A DNA stretch of 32,000 nt, from assembly GCA_943789275.1 (NCBI GenBank), contig CALSTM010000003.1:390001-422000 (forward strand), written 5' to 3'. Below are positions 16,117 to 24,812 of the stretch, piece by piece. Source of the stretch: Candidatus Poseidoniaceae archaeon (lineage in GTDB: Archaea > Thermoplasmatota > Poseidoniia > Poseidoniales > Poseidoniaceae). Every line of letters begins with the position of its first letter. Within the stretch, counting starts at the first letter, position 1. A model generated the notes under the pieces. It worked only from the letters and a program-made list of their open reading frames with translations. It had not been told where the DNA came from and did not search any database. Both the position numbers and the translations under genes were made by a program.

Positions 16117-17028
16117 ATGAAGAAGATTGGTATCAAGTGGAAGGCCCAGGACGTGGCTCATCAAAGTGGCAAAATCGCCGTTGTTACCGGTTCCAATACG
16201 GGCATAGGTTTCCAAGTGGCACTCATATTAGCTGACAAAGGCGCTCATGTTGTTCTTGCATGCAGAAATCTCGAGAAGGCTGAAGCGGCGAGGGAAAAGA
16301 TGCTCAAGTCTTCACCTCATGCTCAGATTTTTGTAGAAGAATTGGACTTAGCTGACCTTTCCAATGTTGAGGCTTTTGCAACGAGATTAAAGAAATCGCA
16401 TCAGCATGTGGACATACTCATCAATAATGCAGGGGTAATGATTCCTCCTCAATCAACGACAAAAGACGGTTTTGAATTACAGATTGGCACAAATCATTTC
16501 GGTCATTTCGCATTGACTTCACACATGATGCCTTTGCTTTCAGCAGCGGAAAAACCGAGAATAGTCACCCTTTCCAGCATTGCTCACTGGTCGGGTGTTA
16601 TCGACCTTGAGGATATCAACGGCGAGAAGAAAAAATACAACAAATGGGGAATGTATTCGCAGAGTAAATTGGCGAATTTACTGTTTGCTCTGGAACTGGA
16701 CCGACGCCTAAAGGCAGCAGGCTCACACATTGAGTCGTTTGGCAGCCATCCTGGTTACTCCAATACCGATTTACAACGGTATTCTTTGGCTTGGCGGATT
16801 CTCAATCCATTGTTTGGCATTCAACCGATTAAGGGTGCTGCCCCTACATTGTATGCAGCAACAGAACCGGACGCCATTGCACATCGTTACTGGGGGCCAA
16901 TTGGACTGTTGGAGGCCCGCGGGTGGACTGGAAAAGCGAAGATTACCTCGCGTGCTGCCGATGAAGAAATGGCTCGTAAACTATGGGAATACAGTGAATC
17001 TTTACTTGGAATTCATTTCCAAATTTGA
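16117..17028 (+). CDS. Short-chain dehydrogenase/reductase (classical SDR, retinol-dehydrogenase/WWOX-like)
   Basis: TGSNTGIGF (TGxxxGxG), NNAG, and the catalytic S...YSQSK (YxxxK). A TTTAA element lies about 25-29 nt upstream of the ATG, suggesting a leaderless-type promoter. Confidence 0.85.
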   Translation: MKKIGIKWKAQDVAHQSGKIAVVTGSNTGIGFQVALILADKGAHVVLACRNLEKAEAAREKMLKSSPHAQIFVEELDLADLSNVEAFATRLKKSHQHVDILINNAGVMIPPQSTTKDGFELQIGTNHFGHFALTSHMMPLLSAAEKPRIVTLSSIAHWSGVIDLEDINGEKKKYNKWGMYSQSKLANLLFALELDRRLKAAGSHIESFGSHPGYSNTDLQRYSLAWRILNPLFGIQPIKGAAPTLYAATEPDAIAHRYWGPIGLLEARGWTGKAKITSRAADEEMARKLWEYSESLLGIHFQI

Positions 17029-17042
17029 GTGTAAAAGTCCAC

Positions 17043-17058
17043 TTTTTCTTTCTTCTTT
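17043..17058 (+). terminator. T-rich tract after the SDR gene
   Basis: The sequence tttttctttcttcttt begins 15 nt after the TGA stop. Confidence 0.35.
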
Positions 17059-17139
17059 CCAACACTTTGGGGAGGTCAGGAACCCCTAAAAATAGGCTTG
17101 TAGCCTCGCGTTCGTGTCGCGCTCCTTATCTATGATGAG

Positions 17140-19677
17140 ATGTCCATGAAGCACTGGATGGATACGATGGGAATGAGCGCAAGCAACAACGGCGATGCTC
17201 TCGAAGAGGCTCGCAAGAAGCGAGAAAATACCTCCAAAGTTTCCCTTTCAGCACTGCGTTCACAGTTCACTTCGACGGCTACATCCACCCTCGATCAAGC
17301 AACGATGACCAGTGCACGATTCCGGCAAGAAGAACGCCTGCGTGCAGACCTGCGTCGAGAACGTAGAATTCGACAGCAAGCAATTACCGAACGCGTATCA
17401 GCCATGCAAGAAGCGCTTGCAACTGATTTGGCCGTCCAGCATGAACTCACGCTCGACTCGCTTGAAAAGGAAATGAGAGAAGAAATGGAGCGTGACCTCA
17501 GCACATTGGAACGCGACTCACTTGCTCGGGAAGAATCCAGAATGCGTGGCGAACTCGATCTGCGCCTCAACAGACAATTAGAGGCGCTTCAAGATAAACT
17601 GGATGTTGAGCAAGACCGTCGTTTGGAAGAACACAAAGCCCAACTCAAAGCACAAATTGAGACCCAACTTCAAGACGAACACCGCCAAAGACTCGATATT
17701 CAAAAAGAACGCTTGGCTATGGACTACAATCAAGAACTTCAACGCCGAGTTCGAGAAATTGAAGCGAACATCGAACTTGAAATGGAAGACCGTTTCAAAG
17801 ATATGGAAGTTGCAGAAATATCACGACTTGAGGAAGGGCATGCAGCACGCCTTGCTGAACGTGAAGAACAACTTCGACGAGGTATCCGCACTCGCCTTGA
17901 ACAGCAACTCCGTTCTCGCCTCAAGCAACGTGAAGCACGGCTCAAGGCAGAATACGAACGTCGTAGTTTGCGTCTTGAAGAAGACATTGCAGAGCAATTA
18001 CAGATGGAACTCGAAGGCCAATTGCGCAAGGAAACTGAAGATTTAGAGGAACGAATGCGAGAGGATGTCGAACTGGCTCTTGCTCGGCGACGTGATGAAC
18101 TTCGTGTCGAAATCGAGCAGCAATTACAGGCTCGCCATTCAGAACGCTTGTCCGACCGTAAATCCAGGCTTCGTGAAAAGTACGACATTACCTTCTCGAA
18201 AGCCATTGATGACATCTCCCGTTCGCTCAAATCCGATGTAGAATCTGAACTCGAAGTTCGAATGGATGAAGAATTTACCAGTTACAGAACAGCTCGTGAA
18301 GCAGAGATTCAGAACCGTCTCGCACGCTTCCGTTACGAACGGGAAGCAGAACTACGTGAGCAACTTGAAGATCAATACAATTCGAAGAAAACGGATTGGT
18401 CCGAGCGTTTGGAATTGGAGTTCCAATCCCGGGAAGCATCTGCTCGAAAGGCGATTATGTCCGAAGTGGATGCCGGCCTAAGGAACGAAAGACTCACCTT
18501 TGAAACAGACCTCGACCTTCTCAAAGAGGAAACTTCGCTTGAACTGGAAGTGGAAATGGAAGAACGCCTCAACAACTTCCGGGTGCGCAAGGAAGAAGAA
18601 GTCGCTACACAATTAGAGCGACAACTCGACAAGCGTGAAGAAATTATGCGAAACAAAGCACTCATCGATGTACGAAAGCGTGAAACTCACATTCGGGCAG
18701 AAATTGAGGCACAACTTGGCCTCAAGAGAGCAGAAATCCGTACTCGCTTACAGAGTCTAAGTGAGAAAATGGACGCTTTCAAAGATATGGCTGAGGACAA
18801 GATGCGGGATGCAATCACCGGTCAAATCGAAGGCGAACTTAATGCTGAAGAATCTGATTTGAAGACCAGAGAATCTGAATTCCGAGACCTTCAATCAACC
18901 GATACTCGAGCTGAAAAGCGCCAAATGTGGATGCAATCAATCTCCGGACAAGGCCCGGCACAAACTGGCAGTACAATGAATCCATCCGCACTTGGCGCAC
19001 GCCCAGATGCACTTGGTTCAAGCGGAGGCCGACCAATGCGTGGCATTCTCGAAGGTCAACAACAAGCGCCTCAATCTCGAATGGGCCTGGGCGGGATGAG
19101 AACACCAATGACCAGTTCAAAGCCGCTTCAACCGCTAACAGGTGTTCCGCTCGCTAAACCTGTCAAGGCCCCACTTGGCGGTGGAGTTTCACAGCAATTG
19201 CCTCAGCCTGTTCAAAAGTTGGTCCGTAAACCACTCTCGCCGATTACTTCGCCACTCGCAGAGACTCAAATGGAGCAAGTGCCTGAACCAGTGAGTGAAC
19301 CTGTGATTGAACCGGAAGTTGAAGCAGAAGCACTACCGGATGAGCCAATCATCGAAGAGACGGTTGTTGAATCGATCACAGAAGAGATCGAGGAACGTGA
19401 AGACGGCCCTGAAATGACAGCCACTATGCGCCCAATCACTGCAGTTCTTCAGGCTCATGAAGCGCCTGAACCGGTTAAAACAACGACATTGACAGCACGC
19501 CCTCCACAGTTGATTCCAAAGAAATCCCGTGGAGCTCCTCCTCAATCGAAGGCCGGTGAAGTTCCTCAAACCGTTTCAACAACGACCTTGAAACCTGTTC
19601 GGAAACTCACTCCGTTGAAACTCACGAAACCGTCTTCAGATGAAGAGGAAGAAGTAGAGGCTGATTCTGACGAGTAA
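17140..19677 (+). CDS. 845-aa coiled-coil protein (E/R/L/Q-rich repeats) with a Pro/Gln-rich disordered C-terminus and acidic tail, function unknown
   Basis: ATG start. No signal peptide or TM. Residues about 60-600 are nearly continuous heptad-like E/R/L sequence with roughly a dozen recurrences of a [RK]x[EQ][ILV]Ex[QE]L... module. The C-terminus is P/Q/S/G-rich and ends in SSDEEEEVEADSDE. Confidence 0.6.
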   Translation: MSMKHWMDTMGMSASNNGDALEEARKKRENTSKVSLSALRSQFTSTATSTLDQATMTSARFRQEERLRADLRRERRIRQQAITERVSAMQEALATDLAVQHELTLDSLEKEMREEMERDLSTLERDSLAREESRMRGELDLRLNRQLEALQDKLDVEQDRRLEEHKAQLKAQIETQLQDEHRQRLDIQKERLAMDYNQELQRRVREIEANIELEMEDRFKDMEVAEISRLEEGHAARLAEREEQLRRGIRTRLEQQLRSRLKQREARLKAEYERRSLRLEEDIAEQLQMELEGQLRKETEDLEERMREDVELALARRRDELRVEIEQQLQARHSERLSDRKSRLREKYDITFSKAIDDISRSLKSDVESELEVRMDEEFTSYRTAREAEIQNRLARFRYEREAELREQLEDQYNSKKTDWSERLELEFQSREASARKAIMSEVDAGLRNERLTFETDLDLLKEETSLELEVEMEERLNNFRVRKEEEVATQLERQLDKREEIMRNKALIDVRKRETHIRAEIEAQLGLKRAEIRTRLQSLSEKMDAFKDMAEDKMRDAITGQIEGELNAEESDLKTRESEFRDLQSTDTRAEKRQMWMQSISGQGPAQTGSTMNPSALGARPDALGSSGGRPMRGILEGQQQAPQSRMGLGGMRTPMTSSKPLQPLTGVPLAKPVKAPLGGGVSQQLPQPVQKLVRKPLSPITSPLAETQMEQVPEPVSEPVIEPEVEAEALPDEPIIEETVVESITEEIEEREDGPEMTATMRPITAVLQAHEAPEPVKTTTLTARPPQLIPKKSRGAPPQSKAGEVPQTVSTTTLKPVRKLTPLKLTKPSSDEEEEVEADSDE

Positions 19678-19734
19678 AAACCCCGTGATGCCTCCAAGGG
19701 CACGCTTCATATTGATTGAGGTACTGGGGTTGCT

Positions 19735-22146
19735 ATGAAGAGGTCGATTGTCCTTCTTGTAGCGGTACTGATGCTGCCTCTTGCAGCGTTCGTCCCTCAT
19801 GTTGCAGCAACGGGCTCGAACCTTGTTGATGCGGGGTATACTCAAGAAACTGAACCGAGTTTTGTATATTGGAAGGAAATGTTCGATGGCTCTATTCTGA
19901 CCGTTGATACATCGGGCAATTTGACGGTGAACAGTTTTAGCAACGGCATACTTCTTCCCCAGTGGAGTCTTGAGTTGAACGTTGATGCGAACGCTGCTCG
20001 TTTGGATGACGCTCAGCAATTGACCGTCGTTTGCCATGATAACGGTATTTACACCGTACATATGGATTTGCAAATAGCCAATCGTAACATCACCACCAGT
20101 GACCCTGTTAACGATGCTGATTGGGATGATGAAGGTGACCTTTGGTTGGCCTTCTTTGCAGGACGACGCCGAGCGGAAGAGTACGATACTTCTGGTGCAA
20201 CCGGAGTGTACTCTCCTGTTATTCAATCCGGTATGAATGCGTTTGAAATCATCTCTGGTGGTCGTCTTGTTCTTGGCTCATACGACACGAAAGTCTACAT
20301 CGCTGGCAATGATGGAATTAGCATCACCACACTTACAGACTCCAGTGCGATTGTCAATGCTGTTCTTGAAGACCATAACGGAGATTTATTGGTCGGAACT
20401 TCGAACGGTAAGTTGTTCCGATACGACACAAATTCATGGGCTGTTGAAACGCTTTCGCTCAGCCACGGTAAATCGATTGTATCCCTTGAAGAATACAATA
20501 ACCTCACCTACCACATCGGTACACAAAACGGTAAATTGACCCATGTCCAGGTTTCAACTTTCTCTGAAGGCAGTACGTACTCATCGACTGGGCGCGTTGT
20601 CGGCTCGGTTCAGGAGTTTTCAGGTGAACTTTACATTGTCACTTCCTTTTCTCTTTCTTCTAAAATCCGCTTGTACGACCTCGATACAGATGGTGATGGA
20701 ATTACCGACCAAACTGACGCATTCCCATTGGAATTTACGCAATGGTCTGATGTCGACGGCGATGGTTTTGGAGACAATCAAAACGGATACCTTGCCGATG
20801 TATTCCCCAATGAACCGTCCCAATGGGAAGATGCAGACGGCGACGGCTACGGCGATAATGCGAATGGATTTGAGGGCGACAGTTTCCCATCCAATGCCGA
20901 ACAGTGGTCCGACACAGACGGTGATGGATACGGTGACAACGCCAATGCACTTGATGGTGACAAATTCAAGGATGAGCCTTCGCAATGGTCGGATACAGAC
21001 CAAGACGGATTCGGTGATAACCCCAATGGAGTTACCCCCGATGCTTGTCCTTTGGAAAACGGTTTTTCCACGGAAGACCGATTCGGATGTCTTGATTCGG
21101 ATTTAGACGGTTGGTCCAATCCGACCGTAAATTGGACCATTGCGCAAGGAGCAGATGCTCTTCCTCTGCAAAAATCACAATGGCGCGACGGCGATGGCGA
21201 CGGCTACGGTGACAACTTGACAGGCGAACTTGCTGACGATTGCAACTGGAAAGCCGGAACTTCCACCAAAGCCTGGATTGCGAACTCTTCATCTGAATTC
21301 GGTTTCAAGGAAGTCCCATCGTATGGCTGCGAAGACTTAGACGGCGATGGATGGGTTGATGTTACTGAATCACAAAACATGGATCTTGATCCGAACGAAC
21401 ACTTTGATGGCGACAACGACGGCGTTGGTTCAAATTCCGATTACGATGATACTCGACCACTTATTCAAACTGAAGAAGACCATTGTCTGCTGAACTTTGA
21501 TGACCAGTCTCTTGAATGCCAGGGTTGGAGAAGCAAAGAGTACCAAAACTACCTTTCACGGGACAAAGAAGATGGAGAAACTGATTTGAGTTTCGCTGCT
21601 TGGAACACGAGTAAAAACGCAGGACTTCTTGATACCAATTCTGTAGATTCCAATACCGTACAACAGGTCGTCATGGTCGGCGGCGGGGCTTTCCTTGCTC
21701 TTACAGTCGTGATTTTAGCGGTTGGTTTTGTTGTAAAGCGCAAGAAGACCAACGCCTTGGTGAAGATGTACGGTGTACCTTTTATTCCTACCGAAAACAA
21801 ATCTGCAGAAAACGAAGCATTGGAAGGTACTGCAGGGCTCTCTGCACAGGGTGGCATTGTTTCTGATTCCTCTTGGGACGATGAGATTGAAAGTCTTGAC
21901 TTCTCTGAAATTCAAGACGAATTCGGTGAAGATAATGAGGAAATTCAAACCATTGATGCAGCGAGCTTGTATGGAGATGAGGGAAGCCTCGAAGTTATTG
22001 CAGGTGTTGAAGTCTCGTCTTCACCCGAGCCGGTAATGGAAGCACCCGTTGAAGCCCCTCCACTGCCGCCTGGTGGACTACCAGAAGGTTGGACAACGGA
22101 TCAATGGAAATGGTACGGTCAAGAATGGCTCGACAAGAACCAATGA
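19735..22146 (+). CDS. Secreted type-I membrane protein with an N-terminal beta-propeller-like region, thrombospondin type-3-like Ca-binding repeats, a TM helix and an acidic cytoplasmic tail
   Basis: Signal peptide MKRSIVLLVAVLMLPLAAFVPHVAA. Repeated GKL(F/T)-type blades. Multiple D-x-DGDG-[FY]-GDN motifs. TM VVMVGGGAFLALTVVILAVGFVV followed by KRKK. The tail is acidic and ends in PPLPPGGLPEGWTTDQWKWYGQEWLDKNQ. Confidence 0.75.
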   Translation: MKRSIVLLVAVLMLPLAAFVPHVAATGSNLVDAGYTQETEPSFVYWKEMFDGSILTVDTSGNLTVNSFSNGILLPQWSLELNVDANAARLDDAQQLTVVCHDNGIYTVHMDLQIANRNITTSDPVNDADWDDEGDLWLAFFAGRRRAEEYDTSGATGVYSPVIQSGMNAFEIISGGRLVLGSYDTKVYIAGNDGISITTLTDSSAIVNAVLEDHNGDLLVGTSNGKLFRYDTNSWAVETLSLSHGKSIVSLEEYNNLTYHIGTQNGKLTHVQVSTFSEGSTYSSTGRVVGSVQEFSGELYIVTSFSLSSKIRLYDLDTDGDGITDQTDAFPLEFTQWSDVDGDGFGDNQNGYLADVFPNEPSQWEDADGDGYGDNANGFEGDSFPSNAEQWSDTDGDGYGDNANALDGDKFKDEPSQWSDTDQDGFGDNPNGVTPDACPLENGFSTEDRFGCLDSDLDGWSNPTVNWTIAQGADALPLQKSQWRDGDGDGYGDNLTGELADDCNWKAGTSTKAWIANSSSEFGFKEVPSYGCEDLDGDGWVDVTESQNMDLDPNEHFDGDNDGVGSNSDYDDTRPLIQTEEDHCLLNFDDQSLECQGWRSKEYQNYLSRDKEDGETDLSFAAWNTSKNAGLLDTNSVDSNTVQQVVMVGGGAFLALTVVILAVGFVVKRKKTNALVKMYGVPFIPTENKSAENEALEGTAGLSAQGGIVSDSSWDDEIESLDFSEIQDEFGEDNEEIQTIDAASLYGDEGSLEVIAGVEVSSSPEPVMEAPVEAPPLPPGGLPEGWTTDQWKWYGQEWLDKNQ
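20719..21042 (+). repeat. Four tandem 81-bp (27-aa) repeats encoding xFPxxPSQWxDxDGDG[FY]GDNxNGxxxD
   Basis: Units begin AFPLEF, VFPNEP, SFPSNA and KFKDEP. Each is exactly 27 codons. Degenerate further copies lie downstream (ALPLQKSQWRDGDGDGYGDN, CEDLDGDGWVD, FDGDNDGVGSN). Confidence 0.85.
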
Positions 22147-22162
22147 TGGCTGCGCGGTTGCG

Positions 22163-22417
22163 TTATCGCCAGACGATGGGTAACGATTCACGAAGGGCTT
22201 TCAGCTCTTCACCGGTATAGACGGGTTTTCCATCTTGCTTGAGGGTGTTCATAATGAGCCAAAGTACGCCGTTCCAGGCATTCGTGCCAGCAAAAATTTC
22301 GATGTATCCACATGCAGCAGCTTCGAGGAGTTTCCCTTCATCGGTATCCTCGCTGAACAAAGCACGAATCAGATTCTTTGCATCAAATTCGTAACCGTTG
22401 GGGCGCCATTCCATCAT
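22163..22417 (-). CDS. Small hypothetical protein (84 aa), last gene of the parA operon
   Basis: The ORF-track start 22426 is TTG. The first ATG at 22417 lies 5 nt after the upstream gene's stop. No recognisable motif. Confidence 0.45.
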   Translation of the reverse strand: MMEWRPNGYEFDAKNLIRALFSEDTDEGKLLEAAACGYIEIFAGTNAWNGVLWLIMNTLKQDGKPVYTGEELKALRESLPIVWR

Positions 22418-22422
22418 GTGAA

Positions 22423-22773
22423 TCAAACCTTGAATGGTGAGAGATTAAGCCGGTCTACCAGATGTTCAACTTCAACATCAGCAATCGCTTTCATGCGCTC
22501 ACGTAGCGTTTCAATTTCACCGTTCATGGTTTTCATCTTGTGAGCTCGGACCAAGTCTGTGAGCAATTCATTGACGCTCTTGTGTCCACTCATTGTACGC
22601 ATCGTGTTGAGTTGTCGGCGTACTTCGTAACTCACGCTGACCGAAGTCATCCCTTCACCTGTCATGGCTATCCCGAACCTCCTCTGTTCTATAGCATACT
22701 TAACCTGCGCGAAGAGATGAGGCATTGAAACGGTGATTTGGCGAGTAGCCGAAGGTTGCGGCAAGCCCTTCAA
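22423..22773 (-). CDS. Ribbon-helix-helix (CopG/ParG/SegB-like) DNA-binding protein, start uncertain
   Basis: The RHH core is TSVSVSYEVRRQLNTMRTMSGHKSVNELLTDLVRAH (beta strand, helix, helix), followed by a C-terminal helix. The ORF-track start is a TTG overlapping the parA stop (TTGA). ATG alternatives are 22725, 22665 (GAGGAGGT 11 nt upstream) and 22650 (GGTGA 4 nt upstream, 75 aa). Confidence 0.6.
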   Translation of the reverse strand: MKGLPQPSATRQITVSMPHLFAQVKYAIEQRRFGIAMTGEGMTSVSVSYEVRRQLNTMRTMSGHKSVNELLTDLVRAHKMKTMNGEIETLRERMKAIADVEVEHLVDRLNLSPFKV

Positions 22774-23729
22774 CTGTTTTTTCGCTCAAGAAGAAGTCGG
22801 GGGTCTTCACTGACACCAAATTCACGACGCATCTCGATGACCCGCTGGTGGAACTCTTTGGAAAGTGTCCAGTACTCGAGAGAGCCTGCTCCTGCACCGG
22901 AGTTCGTTGGTTTGTTGAGTAATACTGTTGGCGCTCCACTCCACGGGGCTTCAGCTACCTTCACCAGTCTGCGAACGGTTGTTTTGAACAATTTATTTGG
23001 CATCTTTCGGTTCACTTCATCACAGACGTGTCGGCTGAGTTTTGAGCGAGCATCGACCATGGTCATGGCTATGCCAAAAATCTTCAAGTTTCGATTGATT
23101 CGGCGCTGAATCATCTTAATTGAATTCATCAACATACTGAAACCTTCCAGTGCATAGTATTCCGCTTGAACAGGCACCATGACCCAGTTGGCAGCACACA
23201 TGGCGTTTATTGACAGCAGGCCGAGGGAAGGAGGAGTGTCAATGATGATGTAATCGAATTGGTCGATAATGGGGAGGAGAGCTTCACGAAGTCGGGTTTC
23301 TCGACCAATTTTGTGGCTCAATTCAATCTCAGCACCGGAGAGATGAATGTCGCTTGGTAAGAGCCAAAGATGACCTACAGAGAGGTTTTCAGGTGGTTTC
23401 TTGTTGTTGTTTCTCAAACTCCAAGCGTCACGCATGGATTGCGTGAGTTCATCAGGCCCAATCAGATACTCTTCCATGAGTGGAAGATCTTCACCAGAAT
23501 CGTTGGTGAGCAGGTCATAAGCCGTTTTTTTGATGTTTTTCTTTTCCACGCCAAATGAGGTTGCACAATTTCCTTGCGGATCAAGGTCAATCAGCAAGAC
23601 CTTGGCTTTCGGAAGTCCTTGTCGCGAAGACCCTTTGGCGAGGGCAGCGGCCATGTTCACTGCAGTGGTTGTTTTTGCACATCCACCCTTTTGATTGGCT
23701 ACTGCGACGACCATCTTGTAAGGATTCAA
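22770..23729 (-). CDS. parA: ParA/Soj/SegA-family partition ATPase (deviant Walker A)
   Basis: AVANQKGGCAKTT (KGGxxK[ST]), DLDPQGN, IIIDTPPSLG. The TTG at 23729 has GGAGGT 7 nt upstream. An alternative ATG at 23714 (MVVAVANQKGG) is 5 codons shorter. Confidence 0.85.
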   Translation of the reverse strand: MNPYKMVVAVANQKGGCAKTTTAVNMAAALAKGSSRQGLPKAKVLLIDLDPQGNCATSFGVEKKNIKKTAYDLLTNDSGEDLPLMEEYLIGPDELTQSMRDAWSLRNNNKKPPENLSVGHLWLLPSDIHLSGAEIELSHKIGRETRLREALLPIIDQFDYIIIDTPPSLGLLSINAMCAANWVMVPVQAEYYALEGFSMLMNSIKMIQRRINRNLKIFGIAMTMVDARSKLSRHVCDEVNRKMPNKLFKTTVRRLVKVAEAPWSGAPTVLLNKPTNSGAGAGSLEYWTLSKEFHQRVIEMRREFGVSEDPRLLLERKNS

Positions 23730-23801
23730 CTTAGCAACCTCCTCTCACAATTTGATGAGAGAGGCCTCCCCCTTTCAATGCAAGCCTTGAGGTATCGGAA
23801 A

Positions 23802-24812
23802 TCAAGCAGGTTGAATGACTGGAACAGGGACTTCGGAGAGAATCTTTCGAACGATATGCATTCCTGTAATCCCACGAATCTTTGCTTCAGGTTTCATGTT
23901 AATACGGTGAGATATAATCTGCAATGCAATGTCTTTGATGTCATCAGGAATGACGTAGTTTCGGCCAGCGATTGCTGCTGCTGCACGGCCGGTCTTGAAC
24001 AGTGACTGAGATGCACGAGGCGATGCACCGTTGGTCACTCGGTGATCTTCACGAGTACGTTGTACGATTTCGACGATGTATGAAAGAATGGCAGGGTCGA
24101 CATGAACGGTTTCAAGCGCTTTCTGCATGGCGACGAGTTTCTTAGGCGTGGTAATCTGTTCCACATCGTGGCCGTCCTTTCCTCGGAGTTTTCTACGAGC
24201 GAGAATGGCCTTTTCTTGTGGGCGGTCAGGGTAGCCCATGCTCAATTTCATCAAAAAGCGGTCCATTTGTGCTTCAGGTAACGGGTATGTTCCTTCTTGC
24301 TCGATTGGGTTTTGTGTCGCTAGAACAACGAAAGGTGCGGGTAATTTGTGGGTAATCCCCTCAATAGTCACTTGCTTTTCTTCCATTGCTTCAAGCAAAG
24401 CAGCCTGCGTCTTTGGCGGAGCACGGTTGATTTCGTCAGCCAAGAGAATGTTGGAGAAAAGAGGTCCTGCACGAAGTTTGAACTCTCCAGATTTCTGGTC
24501 GTACATGTAGGTCCCCATGATATCTGAAGGAAGCAGGTCAGGGGTAAATTGAACACGCTTGAACTTGCACCCCAGTGCACGAGCGAAAGTATTTGCCAGC
24601 AAGGTCTTGGCAAGTCCAGGGAAATCTTCCAAAAGCATGTTTCCGTTTGAAAGAATACCAACGGTTACTCGACGGAGGTTTTGTGGCTTTCCAATAATGA
24701 CCTTTCCAACCTCGTTCATGAGGCTGTTCGAAATCGCCGAAACAGTTCCGATTAAGTCTTGCGCGGCGGGGTTTTGACCCATTGCGGGTGCTCCAATTAT
24801 ACCAGGTTCCAT
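23802..24812 (-). CDS. MoxR-family AAA+ ATPase
   Basis: Walker A FPGLAKT, Walker B ILLADEINRAPPKTQAALLEAMEE, and a VLATQNP sensor region. The ORF-track start 24845 is TTG. The ATG at 24812 has GGAGG 8 nt upstream. Confidence 0.85.
   Translation of the reverse strand: MEPGIIGAPAMGQNPAAQDLIGTVSAISNSLMNEVGKVIIGKPQNLRRVTVGILSNGNMLLEDFPGLAKTLLANTFARALGCKFKRVQFTPDLLPSDIMGTYMYDQKSGEFKLRAGPLFSNILLADEINRAPPKTQAALLEAMEEKQVTIEGITHKLPAPFVVLATQNPIEQEGTYPLPEAQMDRFLMKLSMGYPDRPQEKAILARRKLRGKDGHDVEQITTPKKLVAMQKALETVHVDPAILSYIVEIVQRTREDHRVTNGASPRASQSLFKTGRAAAAIAGRNYVIPDDIKDIALQIISHRINMKPEAKIRGITGMHIVRKILSEVPVPVIQPA

Noticed and set aside
17739-18230. A 163-aa minus-strand Ser/Arg-rich ORF lies antisense to the coiled-coil gene.
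   Set aside because: It is the antisense reading of GAA/CGN/CTN-rich codons. Its composition is an artefact, and there is no independent signal.
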